DNA from: an uncultured Gammaproteobacteria bacterium | Lineage (GTDB): Bacteria; Pseudomonadota; Gammaproteobacteria; DRLM01 | DNA length: 64,000 bases | Direction of reading: 5' to 3' | NCBI GenBank assembly: GCA_963729605.1 | Contig: CAVSNY010000006.1 | Coordinates: 416,001-480,000, forward strand | In this document: positions 50,579 through 59,721 of the stretch, piece by piece | Layout of the letters: each line of letters starts with the position of its first letter | Numbering within the stretch: position 1 is the stretch's first letter | Made by a program: the position numbers and the translations under genes | The notes under the pieces: model-generated | Told to the model about the DNA's origin: nothing | What the model saw: the letters and a program-made list of their open reading frames with translations, nothing else | Databases searched by the model: none

Positions 50579-50644
50579 GATTACAAGTTACAAGCGCCGA
50601 GCGGCAAAGAGCAAGATAAAAAGAAGACCGGCGGATTTTTCTTG

Positions 50645-51247
50645 CTACCTACTGCTTGCTGCTTTGACCTCCAAGAAGTTCTTCAACATTGCGTGCCCGT
50701 GCTGGGTGAGTATCGACTCGGGATGGAATTGCACGCCTTCCACCGCGAACTCGCGATGGCGTACGCCCATGATTTCATCGCGCTCGCCGCGTTCGTCCTG
50801 CGTCCAGGCGGTCACTTCCAGACAGGCCGGCAACGAGGCCTGTTCGATGATCAACGAATGATAACGCGTCGCTTCGAAGGGGTCGGGCAGGCCTTTAAAC
50901 ACACCTTGGTCGGCGTGATAAATCGGCGAGGTCTTGCCGTGCATCACCTGCCGCGCCCGCACCACCTTGCCGCCGAAGGCCTGGCCGATGCCTTGATGGC
51001 CGAGACAGACCCCCAGCAAGGGAATCTTGCCGGCGAAGTGCTGAATAACGGCGATGGACACCCCCGCCTCGCTGGGCGTACACGGCCCCGGCGAGATCAC
51101 GATGTGATCGGGCTTGAGCCGCGCGATCTCCTCCACGGTGATCTGGTCGTTGCGATACACCCGTACCTCGGCGCCCAATTCGCCCAAGTATTGCACCAGG
51201 TTGTAAGTGAAAGAATCATAATTATCGATCATTAGCAGCTTAGCCAT
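50645..51247 (-). CDS. trpG: Anthranilate synthase component II
   Basis: [33 protein letters not shown]. Confidence 0.96.
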   Translation of the reverse strand: MAKLLMIDNYDSFTYNLVQYLGELGAEVRVYRNDQITVEEIARLKPDHIVISPGPCTPSEAGVSIAVIQHFAGKIPLLGVCLGHQGIGQAFGGKVVRARQVMHGKTSPIYHADQGVFKGLPDPFEATRYHSLIIEQASLPACLEVTAWTQDERGERDEIMGVRHREFAVEGVQFHPESILTQHGHAMLKNFLEVKAASSR

Positions 51248-52048
51248 GATAACCTCTTGTTTTAACGGTATTTTCTATCTTAAAACCATGGCTGTTATAC
51301 ACTTCATTATACACATCAGCAGTAGATTTCAGCAGAACGATCGCCGAAAACCAGTCCTGATAGGGAAAAGTGGGCATGGAAGGCACTACTGTGCTTGTGC
51401 TTGGCTGCGACACAGCTACCCGCAAGAACTTGCAATAAGCCGCCCGAGCCGACCACCCCTTAACTGCGCGCACGACCGCGCCCCACGATGCCGCGCGCAA
51501 GGTGTCGATAAAGGAGGTTTTTAATGGCACCGGGCAATCTCCTGAGTCTTGGAGCCGCCGTGCCGGAGAGTCATCTGCTGAATCTTGCCCACCGATACGG
51601 CGGCAAGGTGCGGGTCGAGGCCGCAACGACATGCCGCTTCCTACTGGAAGCGCCACCATTGAGCAATATTGATTGAAGCGGTACGAGTCATAGCAGACCG
51701 AGGCTTAGTTAACCAGGAAGATGCGATGCGGCAGCGAAGGCCCCACGACAGCTTCGTATCCGGGTGATAATAACACGCAACCTCTTCCCCGTCTAATAGC
51801 TGAACCTGTAGGGTGTCGCTTTACTGGGTCATACCGAGCGGCATCTCGATCTAGTCTTCCGCCTTGCTGCTGTGACCACAATTAAGAAGTATCAAAGCCC
51901 CTCAATAAGAATGCCCCATTAGAACGATGCATGGCGTTGGGTATAATCCAATCACAGGTCTTCGCTTCAGCCGTCCGCATGGCTCGATCAAGGCGACAAC
52001 TTGGCTCGCATTATTGCAAAGTTAGCCCTTTCCCAGTATCGTATTGCG

Positions 52049-52396
52049 ATGGTGCGCATTTTACTTGGACATAGGCTGGCGGTGATGGCGTTGCTTCTTG
52101 CAACGTTTGTGGTCATTCCTATGGCCGATGCGGTCTTGTGCGCATCTGAGAGTGTTGATACGCATTCGTATGTTGATTTGCACGATGACGATGGCGACAG
52201 CCGGAGCAACAAAGGTTCCGGGGCCGACTATGAACATGACGCCTGCAGCCACTGTCATTGTCACCATACGCACGCTCACGTCTCCCCGAATTTTGCACCC
52301 AAAACCGCTTCCCTTCAACTGGCGCACGCATGGCCAGAAAGTGATGCTATCGCATCACACACGCCTGATGGATTGATGCGACCCCCCAAAGCCTGA
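52049..52396 (+). CDS. Small His/Cys-rich periplasmic metal-binding protein (CzcI-like)
   Basis: Signal-like N-terminus, HDACSHCHCHHTHAH, C-terminal RPPKA; first gene before the czcC-like gene. Confidence 0.7.
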   Translation: MVRILLGHRLAVMALLLATFVVIPMADAVLCASESVDTHSYVDLHDDDGDSRSNKGSGADYEHDACSHCHCHHTHAHVSPNFAPKTASLQLAHAWPESDAIASHTPDGLMRPPKA

Positions 52397-52434
52397 CGAA
52401 TTCGGACCGTGCTGCCTGCACGGTCGTTTCGTCA
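52394..52434 (+). other. Intergenic hairpin between the czcI-like and czcC-like genes
   Basis: TGACGAA...GACCGTGC-TGCCT-GCACGGTC...TTCGTCA followed by a T tract. Confidence 0.5.
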
Positions 52435-52460
52435 ACTTTTTTAGCTTTGGGAGCTTTCCT

Positions 52461-53699
52461 ATGTTCATGTTGTTCGGCCGACCGCTATGCGCGGTTGGCT
52501 TCGCTGTGGTCGCCACAGCAATCACGCTGGCACTGCCAGCAAGGGCCGAACCCGCCCCACCTTATGAAACACTGATCGAGCATCTCGATCGAACCCCGGC
52601 AACACTTGAAGCCGAAGCATTACTCGATGCCGCCAAGGCGCGCGCGCAACAAGCCCGTGCGTTGCCTAATCCTTCCATCTCCCTGGAGGCCGAGAACGCT
52701 TACGGTCGCTCGCCGTTCACTGGCTATGGCGCCGCAGAGACCACGTTTTCCGTCAGTCAACCTCTGGAACTGTGGGGACAGCGGGGCGCGCGAATCGGTG
52801 CCGCACGGGCGGAAGCCGAGGCGGCCGGCCTGCGCCGCGACCAGTCGCGATGGGCGGTCGCCGGCCGCCTGGCGCTGATCTATGCCGAAGCGGAAGCAGC
52901 CTCTTTGCAGCATGAGCTGGCCATTGAGGCGCTGTCGCTGACGCAGGCGGATGCAAGCGCGGTGATGGCCCTGGTGGAAGAAGGTCGCGAGGCTGTGCTT
53001 CGTGGGGTTCAGGCCGAAAGCGAGGTGGAAGCTGCTCGCGCCGTCGCGGACGAAACACGGGCAAACCGGGATGCAGCTTTCGCGCGTCTCGCCGCAGTCG
53101 CGATGCTGACCGAGCCGGTCACATCCATCGAAACCAGCCTGCTAAATCGCGCACCCAACCCCTTCACGCCGGATGTACGCAATCCCCTGGCTGTTCAAAT
53201 TGCCGAGGCCGAGTTGGATGCGGCTGGTGAATTCGTGAACGTGGAGCGACTGCGTGCTCGTCCCGACGTGACCGCTTCGCTCGGTGTCCGGCGATTCGAA
53301 GAATACGACTCCCAAGCACTCACCTTCGGCATCAGCGTGTCCCTTCCGCTGTTCGACAGAAACACAGGCGCTATCAGTGCAGCCCGTGCCGAGCAGCGAG
53401 CTGCCGAGGCGCGGCTGACCGGTTTGAAGTTGGAGGTCCAGGCAGATCGCAGTGCTGCACAAGCCCGCCTCACTGCATCGATCACCCGGACACGTGCTGC
53501 CGATAACGGCGTCGCTTCTGCCGAAGAAGCCTACCGCCTTGCACGCGCTGGCTTCGATGCCGGGCGCATCTCGCAGTTGGAGCTGCGCAGCATACGGTCT
53601 GCTTTGATTGCCGCACGCAATACCGCTGTGGATGCACGCATAGCGCGCGTCCGTGCAGAAGTCGAACTCGCGCGCCTTGACGGCCGCACCCCATTTTGA
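52461..53699 (+). CDS. czcC: TolC/CzcC-family outer-membrane efflux protein
   Basis: LPNPSIS, SQPLELWG, VSLPLFDRN, AGRISQLEL. Confidence 0.85.
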   Translation: MFMLFGRPLCAVGFAVVATAITLALPARAEPAPPYETLIEHLDRTPATLEAEALLDAAKARAQQARALPNPSISLEAENAYGRSPFTGYGAAETTFSVSQPLELWGQRGARIGAARAEAEAAGLRRDQSRWAVAGRLALIYAEAEAASLQHELAIEALSLTQADASAVMALVEEGREAVLRGVQAESEVEAARAVADETRANRDAAFARLAAVAMLTEPVTSIETSLLNRAPNPFTPDVRNPLAVQIAEAELDAAGEFVNVERLRARPDVTASLGVRRFEEYDSQALTFGISVSLPLFDRNTGAISAARAEQRAAEARLTGLKLEVQADRSAAQARLTASITRTRAADNGVASAEEAYRLARAGFDAGRISQLELRSIRSALIAARNTAVDARIARVRAEVELARLDGRTPF

Positions 53700-53709
53700 G
53701 GAAGCATAG

Positions 53710-54897
53710 ATGACAACCACAAATATCCGGCTCCTCTGTGGAGCAGTCCTACTTGCTGCCCTTGGTACTGGCTTCGGCCTTGCCCAGCTCATCCCGTACT
53801 CGGAGCACGCCGCTCACGTCGAGGATGATGAGCACGCCGCTCACAATGATCCTGACCAACAGAATGAGCACGAGGATGCGCCATCCGAGGAAGGTGTCGT
53901 CGCATTAACCGCGAGGCAAATCGAAGCCTCGGGTATCAGCATCGTAGACGTGGGCCGCGGCGGCGGTAACGAGTATCGGCTGTCAGGCCGGGTCGAGTCT
54001 GCAGTGGGCGCTCGGGCAGTCGTAGCGGCAATCACGGGCGGAAGGGTCGAGCAGATACACGTCGCTCCGGGCTCATCGGTTGAAGCCGGTCAGCTCCTGG
54101 CTGTCATAGTCAGTGGCGATGCAGCTACTTTGCGTGCAAACGCCGATGCAGCAGTTGCCGAGGCCGAAGCTGCGCGCCTCGCTTATCAGCGCGACTTGAA
54201 CCTCGTCGAACAGGGGATTGTCGCTCGTCAGGACATGGAAGCGTCTCGCGCCCGCTCACTCGCCGCTGATGCGGCGGCAAGGGCGGCACAAGCTCAGGTC
54301 GCGGCAAGCGGTTCGCCGAATACCTCGGGACGCTTCAGCGTCGTCAGCCCAATCGCGGGTGTAGTCGGCGCGGTCAGTACCACTGTGGGTGGCTTCGTCG
54401 CATCTGGTGGAGCCGTCGTGGAAATCTCCGATCCGGCGCAAGTGGAACTCGTCTTCAACGCGCCTCCCGCATTGGCATCCGAGGTGACCTCTGGAGCTCG
54501 TCTCCAAGTCACAGGTCCGTCTGGCAGTTTCGAAGCTGTGGTCGTTGGCGTAGCCGCCAATGCGCGCGAGCAAAGCGGTGCAGCCGTTATTCGCGCGCGA
54601 TCTACTTCAAGTGCCTTACCGCCTGCTGGGTCCCCCGTGACAGGGACCGTCGTCACAAACAGCCAGGAAGGTGGTCTGACCGTCCCCGCCGATGCCGTTC
54701 AAACCGTGGAGGGGCGATCAGTGGTCTTCGTAGTCGAGGACAATGGCTTTCGCGTCACGCCCGTGCTCGTGGGTCGGCGCGCAGGCGGATACATCGAGAT
54801 CCTCAACGGGCTGTCGGGCGATGAACGCATTGCCAGCACGAACGCCTTCCTATTGAAGGCCGAACTCGCTAAAGGCGAGCTCGAGGACGACGACTGA
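53710..54897 (+). CDS. czcB: RND periplasmic adaptor (CzcB-like)
   Basis: His/acidic N-terminus, SPIAGVV, VPADAVQTVEG, FLLKAELAKG. Confidence 0.85.
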   Translation: MTTTNIRLLCGAVLLAALGTGFGLAQLIPYSEHAAHVEDDEHAAHNDPDQQNEHEDAPSEEGVVALTARQIEASGISIVDVGRGGGNEYRLSGRVESAVGARAVVAAITGGRVEQIHVAPGSSVEAGQLLAVIVSGDAATLRANADAAVAEAEAARLAYQRDLNLVEQGIVARQDMEASRARSLAADAAARAAQAQVAASGSPNTSGRFSVVSPIAGVVGAVSTTVGGFVASGGAVVEISDPAQVELVFNAPPALASEVTSGARLQVTGPSGSFEAVVVGVAANAREQSGAAVIRARSTSSALPPAGSPVTGTVVTNSQEGGLTVPADAVQTVEGRSVVFVVEDNGFRVTPVLVGRRAGGYIEILNGLSGDERIASTNAFLLKAELAKGELEDDD

Positions 54898-54907
54898 GGA
54901 TAACCAT

Positions 54908-57900
54908 ATGTTTAAAATCATTATCGAAACAGCAGTTCGCTTTCGCTGGGCCGTAGTTTTTGTCGCGACGCTTATCGCGGCTTATGGCCTGTTCCAGCTT
55001 ACCAAGCTCCCCATTGATGCCGTGCCGGACATCACAAACCGCCAAGTGCAAATCAACACTATTGCACCTGCGCTCGCGCCCGGTCAGATAGAGCGTCAAG
55101 TCACCTACCCACTCGAAACCGCATTGGCCGGTATCCCGGGACTGACCAACACGCGCTCCATTTCGCGCAACGGATTCTCCCAAATCACTGCCATTTTCAC
55201 CGACCAGACTGACATCTACTTCGCACGTCAGCAAGTAGCTGAACGTATGCGCGAAGTGCTGGAGGACTTGCCCGAAGGGGTGACGCCGATGATGTCGCCA
55301 GTGACTACGGGGTTAGGTGAAGTACTGATGTGGACTGTGGACTACACGCCGTTCGATCCGGAGAACGTGGGTCAACCGAACGAACCGGGCTGGCAGACCA
55401 ACGAAATCTATCTGACACCCGAAGGCGACCGCCTCACCACGCCAGAGGAGCGTGCCACCTACCTGCGCATAGTGCAGGACTGGATTATCGCACCGCAGAT
55501 GCGCTCGGCTCCCGGGCTCGCGGGCGTCGACACCATCGGTGGCTACGTCAAGGAATACGCCATCCGTCCGAATGCCGAACGGCTTGCAGCCTACGGTCTC
55601 GGCCTAGGCGATCTCGTGCAGGCGCTTGAACGTTCCAACGTCCAGGCGGGTGCCGGATTCATCCAGCGTGCTGGCGAGGGTCTGATCGTTCGGACCGATG
55701 CCCTTGCGCAGACTGTCGACGATCTGGCGCAGGCGCCTGTCGCCAATCGCGACGGCTTCGTCATCCGGGTCTCGGATGTGGCGAGTGTCGGTCTGGGACG
55801 GGCGCCGCGCCTGGGCGCCGCCTCGCGCGATGGACACGAAGCCGTGCTTGGCACTGCATTGATGATCGCCGACGGCAATAGCCGCACCGTGGCGCAGGCC
55901 GCGGCCGAACGCCTTGTCGAAGTCAATCGCTCCCTGCCGCCGAACATCGTGGCCGAACCCGTGCTCGACCGCAGCGAGCTGGTGAATTCCACGATCAAGA
56001 CGGTCGCCAAGAACCTGACCGAAGGCGCGCTGCTGGTCATCGCTGTGCTGTTCCTGTTGCTGGGCAACTTCCGCGCGGCGGCTATCACCGCATTGGTGAT
56101 CCCGTTGTCATTCCTGTTCGCAGTGATCGGCATGAACCGCTTCGGGATCAGCGGCAACCTGATGAGCCTGGGGGCGCTCGACTTTGGGATCCTCGTCGAC
56201 GGGGCGGTCATCGTAATCGAGGCAACGCTGCTTATGCTTGGCCAAAAGCGGGCCGAGCTGGGTCGTGCATTATCCGCCAGTGAGCGGCTAGGCGTGGCGA
56301 TCCAGGCAGCGCGCAAGATGGTGCGACCCGCTGCCTTCGGCCAGATCATCATCCTGCTGGTGTTCGCACCGATCCTCACGCTGGAAGGTGTCGAGGGTAA
56401 GACCTTCCAGCCCATGGCGGCGACCCTCATGCTTGCCTTGGTCGGCGCATTCATCCTTTCGTTCACCTTTGTGCCGGCCATGGCGGCGCTGTTCGTGCGC
56501 GAACCCAAGACCAAGCCCGAACACATTCCAGAGCAAGAGCATGACCACAGACACGATGGCGAGCACGAAACCCGCCTCATCCGTTATGTACGCGGCAAGG
56601 TCGAACCGGTCATCCGCATTGCGGTAACGCGGCCACGTGCCGTACTCGCAGGCGCTGTTCTCATGCTCGCGATCGGCTTGGTGGCTTTCATGTCACTGGG
56701 TCGCGAGTTCATGCCCACGCTCGACGAAGGCAACCTGGCGATGCAGGCCCTGCGGGTTCCTTCTGCTTCGCTTGAACAGTCGTTGTCGATGCAGCTCGCC
56801 CTGGAGAGGGCGCTGACGAGTGAGCCGGAAGTGAGGACCGTCTTCTCTCGCACGGGTACGGCGGAAGCGGCCATCGATCCGATGCCGGTCAACATCTCCG
56901 ACAGCGTGATCATGCTCAAGCCGCGCTCGGAGTGGCCCGACCCATCGCTGGACAAGGAAGAGCTGATCGGCCGGCTTGAGTCTATCGTCGGTAACCAGAT
57001 CGGCAATGCGTTCGAGTTCAGCCAGCCCATCGAACTGCGTTTCAACGAGCTGATTTCCGGTGTGCGTACCGACTTGGCCGTCATGGTCTTCGGCGACGAC
57101 TTCGACATCATGCAGAGAGTCGCAGATCAGGTCGCACTCACGCTGCGTGGCATAGAGGGTGCCGCCGACTTGCGTGTGGAACAAGTCTCGGGATTGCCTA
57201 CGCTCACGGTGCGAGTCGATCACGCCGCCGCCGCGCAATACGGTTTGACGGCTGCGGATGTCAGCGAGACAGTAGCAACCGGCATCGGCGGCACCTCAGC
57301 CGGTAGGATCTTTGAAGGCGATCGCCGCTTCGATGTGGTGGTTCGGTTTGACGAAGACGCTCGCAACGATCCGGCACAGCTAGCTGCTTTGCCCATCGTC
57401 GCGCCGGATGGTACGGTCGTGCCACTTTCCTCGGTCGCGCGCATCGAAGTCAGGGAGGGGCCTAACCAGATCAGCCGAAACAACGGTAGTAGGAGGATCG
57501 TTGTTCAGGCAAACGTACGTGGCCGTGATCTGGGCGGATTCGTCGGGGAGGCGCAGGCTGCCGTGGCTGATGTGTCGCTTCCACCAGGTGTATACCTAAC
57601 TTGGGGAGGTCAGTTCGAGAACCTGCAACGCGCAGAAGCACGGCTGATGCTGGTGGTCCCGATCGTGTTCCTGCTGATCGGGAGCCTGCTGTACATGGCT
57701 CTGGGCACGATCCGTGAAGCCGCACTGGTGTTTGTCTGTGTGCCATTGGCGCTGGTGGGAGGCGCATTGGCGCTGCTGCTGCGTGACATGCCTTTCTCCG
57801 TGTCGGCCGCTGTGGGTTTCATCGCCGTGTCGGGAGTGGCGACACTCAACGGCCTGGTGCTGATGCAGGCGATTCGCGAACGCCTGACCGCTGGCGATTC

Positions 57901-58180
57901 ACCGCTGGAGGCCGCTGCCGCCGGCGCGGCCAGTCGCCTGCGTGCGGTGCTGACCACGGCGCTCGTTGCGATCGTCGGCTTCATCCCGATGGCGATCGCT
58001 ACCGGCTCCGGGGCCGAGGTGCAAAAGCCGCTGGCCACCGTCGTCATCGGTGGTCTGATCACGGCTACTGTACTGACCTTGCTGGTATTGCCAACCTTCG
58101 CCGCGCGAGCTACGAAGCCGAGGGTCAATAGCACTGCCAGTTCAGAAGGGACCGCTAAACCGCTGGAGTCCGCGCCATGA
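54908..58180 (+). CDS. czcA: CusA/CzcA heavy-metal RND transporter
   Basis: LPIDAVPDITN, NLMSLGALDFGILVDG, GAEVQKPLATVVIGG. Confidence 0.92.
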   Translation: MFKIIIETAVRFRWAVVFVATLIAAYGLFQLTKLPIDAVPDITNRQVQINTIAPALAPGQIERQVTYPLETALAGIPGLTNTRSISRNGFSQITAIFTDQTDIYFARQQVAERMREVLEDLPEGVTPMMSPVTTGLGEVLMWTVDYTPFDPENVGQPNEPGWQTNEIYLTPEGDRLTTPEERATYLRIVQDWIIAPQMRSAPGLAGVDTIGGYVKEYAIRPNAERLAAYGLGLGDLVQALERSNVQAGAGFIQRAGEGLIVRTDALAQTVDDLAQAPVANRDGFVIRVSDVASVGLGRAPRLGAASRDGHEAVLGTALMIADGNSRTVAQAAAERLVEVNRSLPPNIVAEPVLDRSELVNSTIKTVAKNLTEGALLVIAVLFLLLGNFRAAAITALVIPLSFLFAVIGMNRFGISGNLMSLGALDFGILVDGAVIVIEATLLMLGQKRAELGRALSASERLGVAIQAARKMVRPAAFGQIIILLVFAPILTLEGVEGKTFQPMAATLMLALVGAFILSFTFVPAMAALFVREPKTKPEHIPEQEHDHRHDGEHETRLIRYVRGKVEPVIRIAVTRPRAVLAGAVLMLAIGLVAFMSLGREFMPTLDEGNLAMQALRVPSASLEQSLSMQLALERALTSEPEVRTVFSRTGTAEAAIDPMPVNISDSVIMLKPRSEWPDPSLDKEELIGRLESIVGNQIGNAFEFSQPIELRFNELISGVRTDLAVMVFGDDFDIMQRVADQVALTLRGIEGAADLRVEQVSGLPTLTVRVDHAAAAQYGLTAADVSETVATGIGGTSAGRIFEGDRRFDVVVRFDEDARNDPAQLAALPIVAPDGTVVPLSSVARIEVREGPNQISRNNGSRRIVVQANVRGRDLGGFVGEAQAAVADVSLPPGVYLTWGGQFENLQRAEARLMLVVPIVFLLIGSLLYMALGTIREAALVFVCVPLALVGGALALLLRDMPFSVSAAVGFIAVSGVATLNGLVLMQAIRERLTAGDSPLEAAAAGAASRLRAVLTTALVAIVGFIPMAIATGSGAEVQKPLATVVIGGLITATVLTLLVLPTFAARATKPRVNSTASSEGTAKPLESAP

Positions 58181-58761
58181 AGTCTGATCTGACCCATCAG
58201 AAAACCGTTCTGCTGCAAGTATTGCTGTGGAACCTTGCCCTGTTTGTCGGGCTCGGCGTGGTCGGCTGGTTGGCCGACTCCAGCGCGTTACTCGCCAACG
58301 CCCTCGATAATGGGTCAGATGCGGCCGTCTATCTACTGAGCTATCTCGCCATAGACAGGCGTTCCGCATGGAAGCGCTCAGCAGCGACGGTGTCCGGGGT
58401 AATGCTGCTACTGTTCGCTATCGTCGTCATAGCGGATGTCTTCAGGCGCTGGACCTATGGTGCTGAACCGCTAGGCCCGGTGATGATGGTGATGGCATTG
58501 ATGGCGGGCGCTATTAACCTCTGGTGCCTCGCCCTGCTGCGGCGCGTCCGTTCCAGTGACATCAACTTGAAGGCGGCCGAGACCTTCAGCTTCAACGATT
58601 TCATTTCCAATGGGGGGGTGATCGTCGCAGGCGGGCTTGTGCTCTGGCTCGGCTCGTCCTGGCCGGATCTCGTAGTAGGAGCCCTAATTGCAACAGTCGC
58701 CTTAAAGGGAGGAGTTGAAATTCTGAAAAACGTACGCGAGGACAGGAAATCACGTGAGTAA
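58177..58761 (+). CDS. Short CDF-family cation transporter
   Basis: ADSSALLANALD, FSFNDFISN, WPDL; TM helices. Confidence 0.85.
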   Translation: MKSDLTHQKTVLLQVLLWNLALFVGLGVVGWLADSSALLANALDNGSDAAVYLLSYLAIDRRSAWKRSAATVSGVMLLLFAIVVIADVFRRWTYGAEPLGPVMMVMALMAGAINLWCLALLRRVRSSDINLKAAETFSFNDFISNGGVIVAGGLVLWLGSSWPDLVVGALIATVALKGGVEILKNVREDRKSRE

Positions 58762-58910
58762 ATTCACCAGGCCAATTGCGATGCAAATGTCGGATGGACG
58801 ACTGCATTGTTCCGCCTTCGCCGCGCGAGCTGCGAAGCCACACATCAATAGAGGGGCCAGCGCATGACGAACATACTGCGCCTCACTCTGTGCTTACGAC
58901 ACCAGCGATA

Positions 58911-59199
58911 TCATTCGTGTGCCACGACGATGTGAGTAGACATCATAAAGCGCAGCTCGTTGCCGTCGCGGTAATGTTGGACGGCTTTTCGTGTGTCCTC
59001 CTTGACAGCTTCGACCAGTTCAGCCCGGACTATGGAGTCTAGCTGTGCGAATAACGGCACTGCCACAGGCCAGATCCAGCACGCGCGCACTGCGCTGCGG
59101 GCCGACAATCTCAAGCAATATCCGTGTGAATGGATCAGCCATAGCTGGGCTGAGGTAGTGCTCATAAGTTTCTGCCGGGCTCGGCGCGTCGTTAGTCAT
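58911..59199 (-). pseudogene. Internally deleted class I SAM methyltransferase
   Basis: N-terminal frame MTNDAPSPAETYEHYLSPAMADPF...RVLDLACGS is joined out of frame to a C-terminal piece AVPLFAQLD...THIVVAHE*. Confidence 0.65.
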
Positions 59200-59721
59200 T
59201 TACTTGCTCCTTGGTCCGTTAGTCGTCCAACCCGATCTTCTCAAACCACAGGGCGAAGCGTGCAAGATACCCTCGGCCTATCGTTTTCTCATACATGGTC
59301 CACGTTGTACCGGGCAGCTGCTCCGTTTTTTTAAGCGCGTCATCCATAAAGATTGAGATACCGAGCATGCCGAGCGAGCCAGAAGAAGCGCATGGCTCGT
59401 AATGGCAATTCGATGCGACGCATAGTCGAGCCACGGTACGATGATTGCCACTGTTGGCGGTATAGCCTGACCAGCAGCTAAAAGGGAGAGCTGAACGATG
59501 GCACACCAAAAATATGCATCTTATATCGGAACCCGTTACCAGTGCGCGGCGGCCTGTAGCTCTCGAATTTTAATTACAAACGTTAACCGCCCATATGCCC
59601 GACAGGACGTTTCGGTCAGCCGCTATCAGCTCTGGTCGGCGCTGGTGTCCTTGCCAACTACAAGCCTGGTGCTAGTGGAGATTCCTGATTTGCCTTAGAT
59701 AGCTTCAAGGTATCGCTTGAT

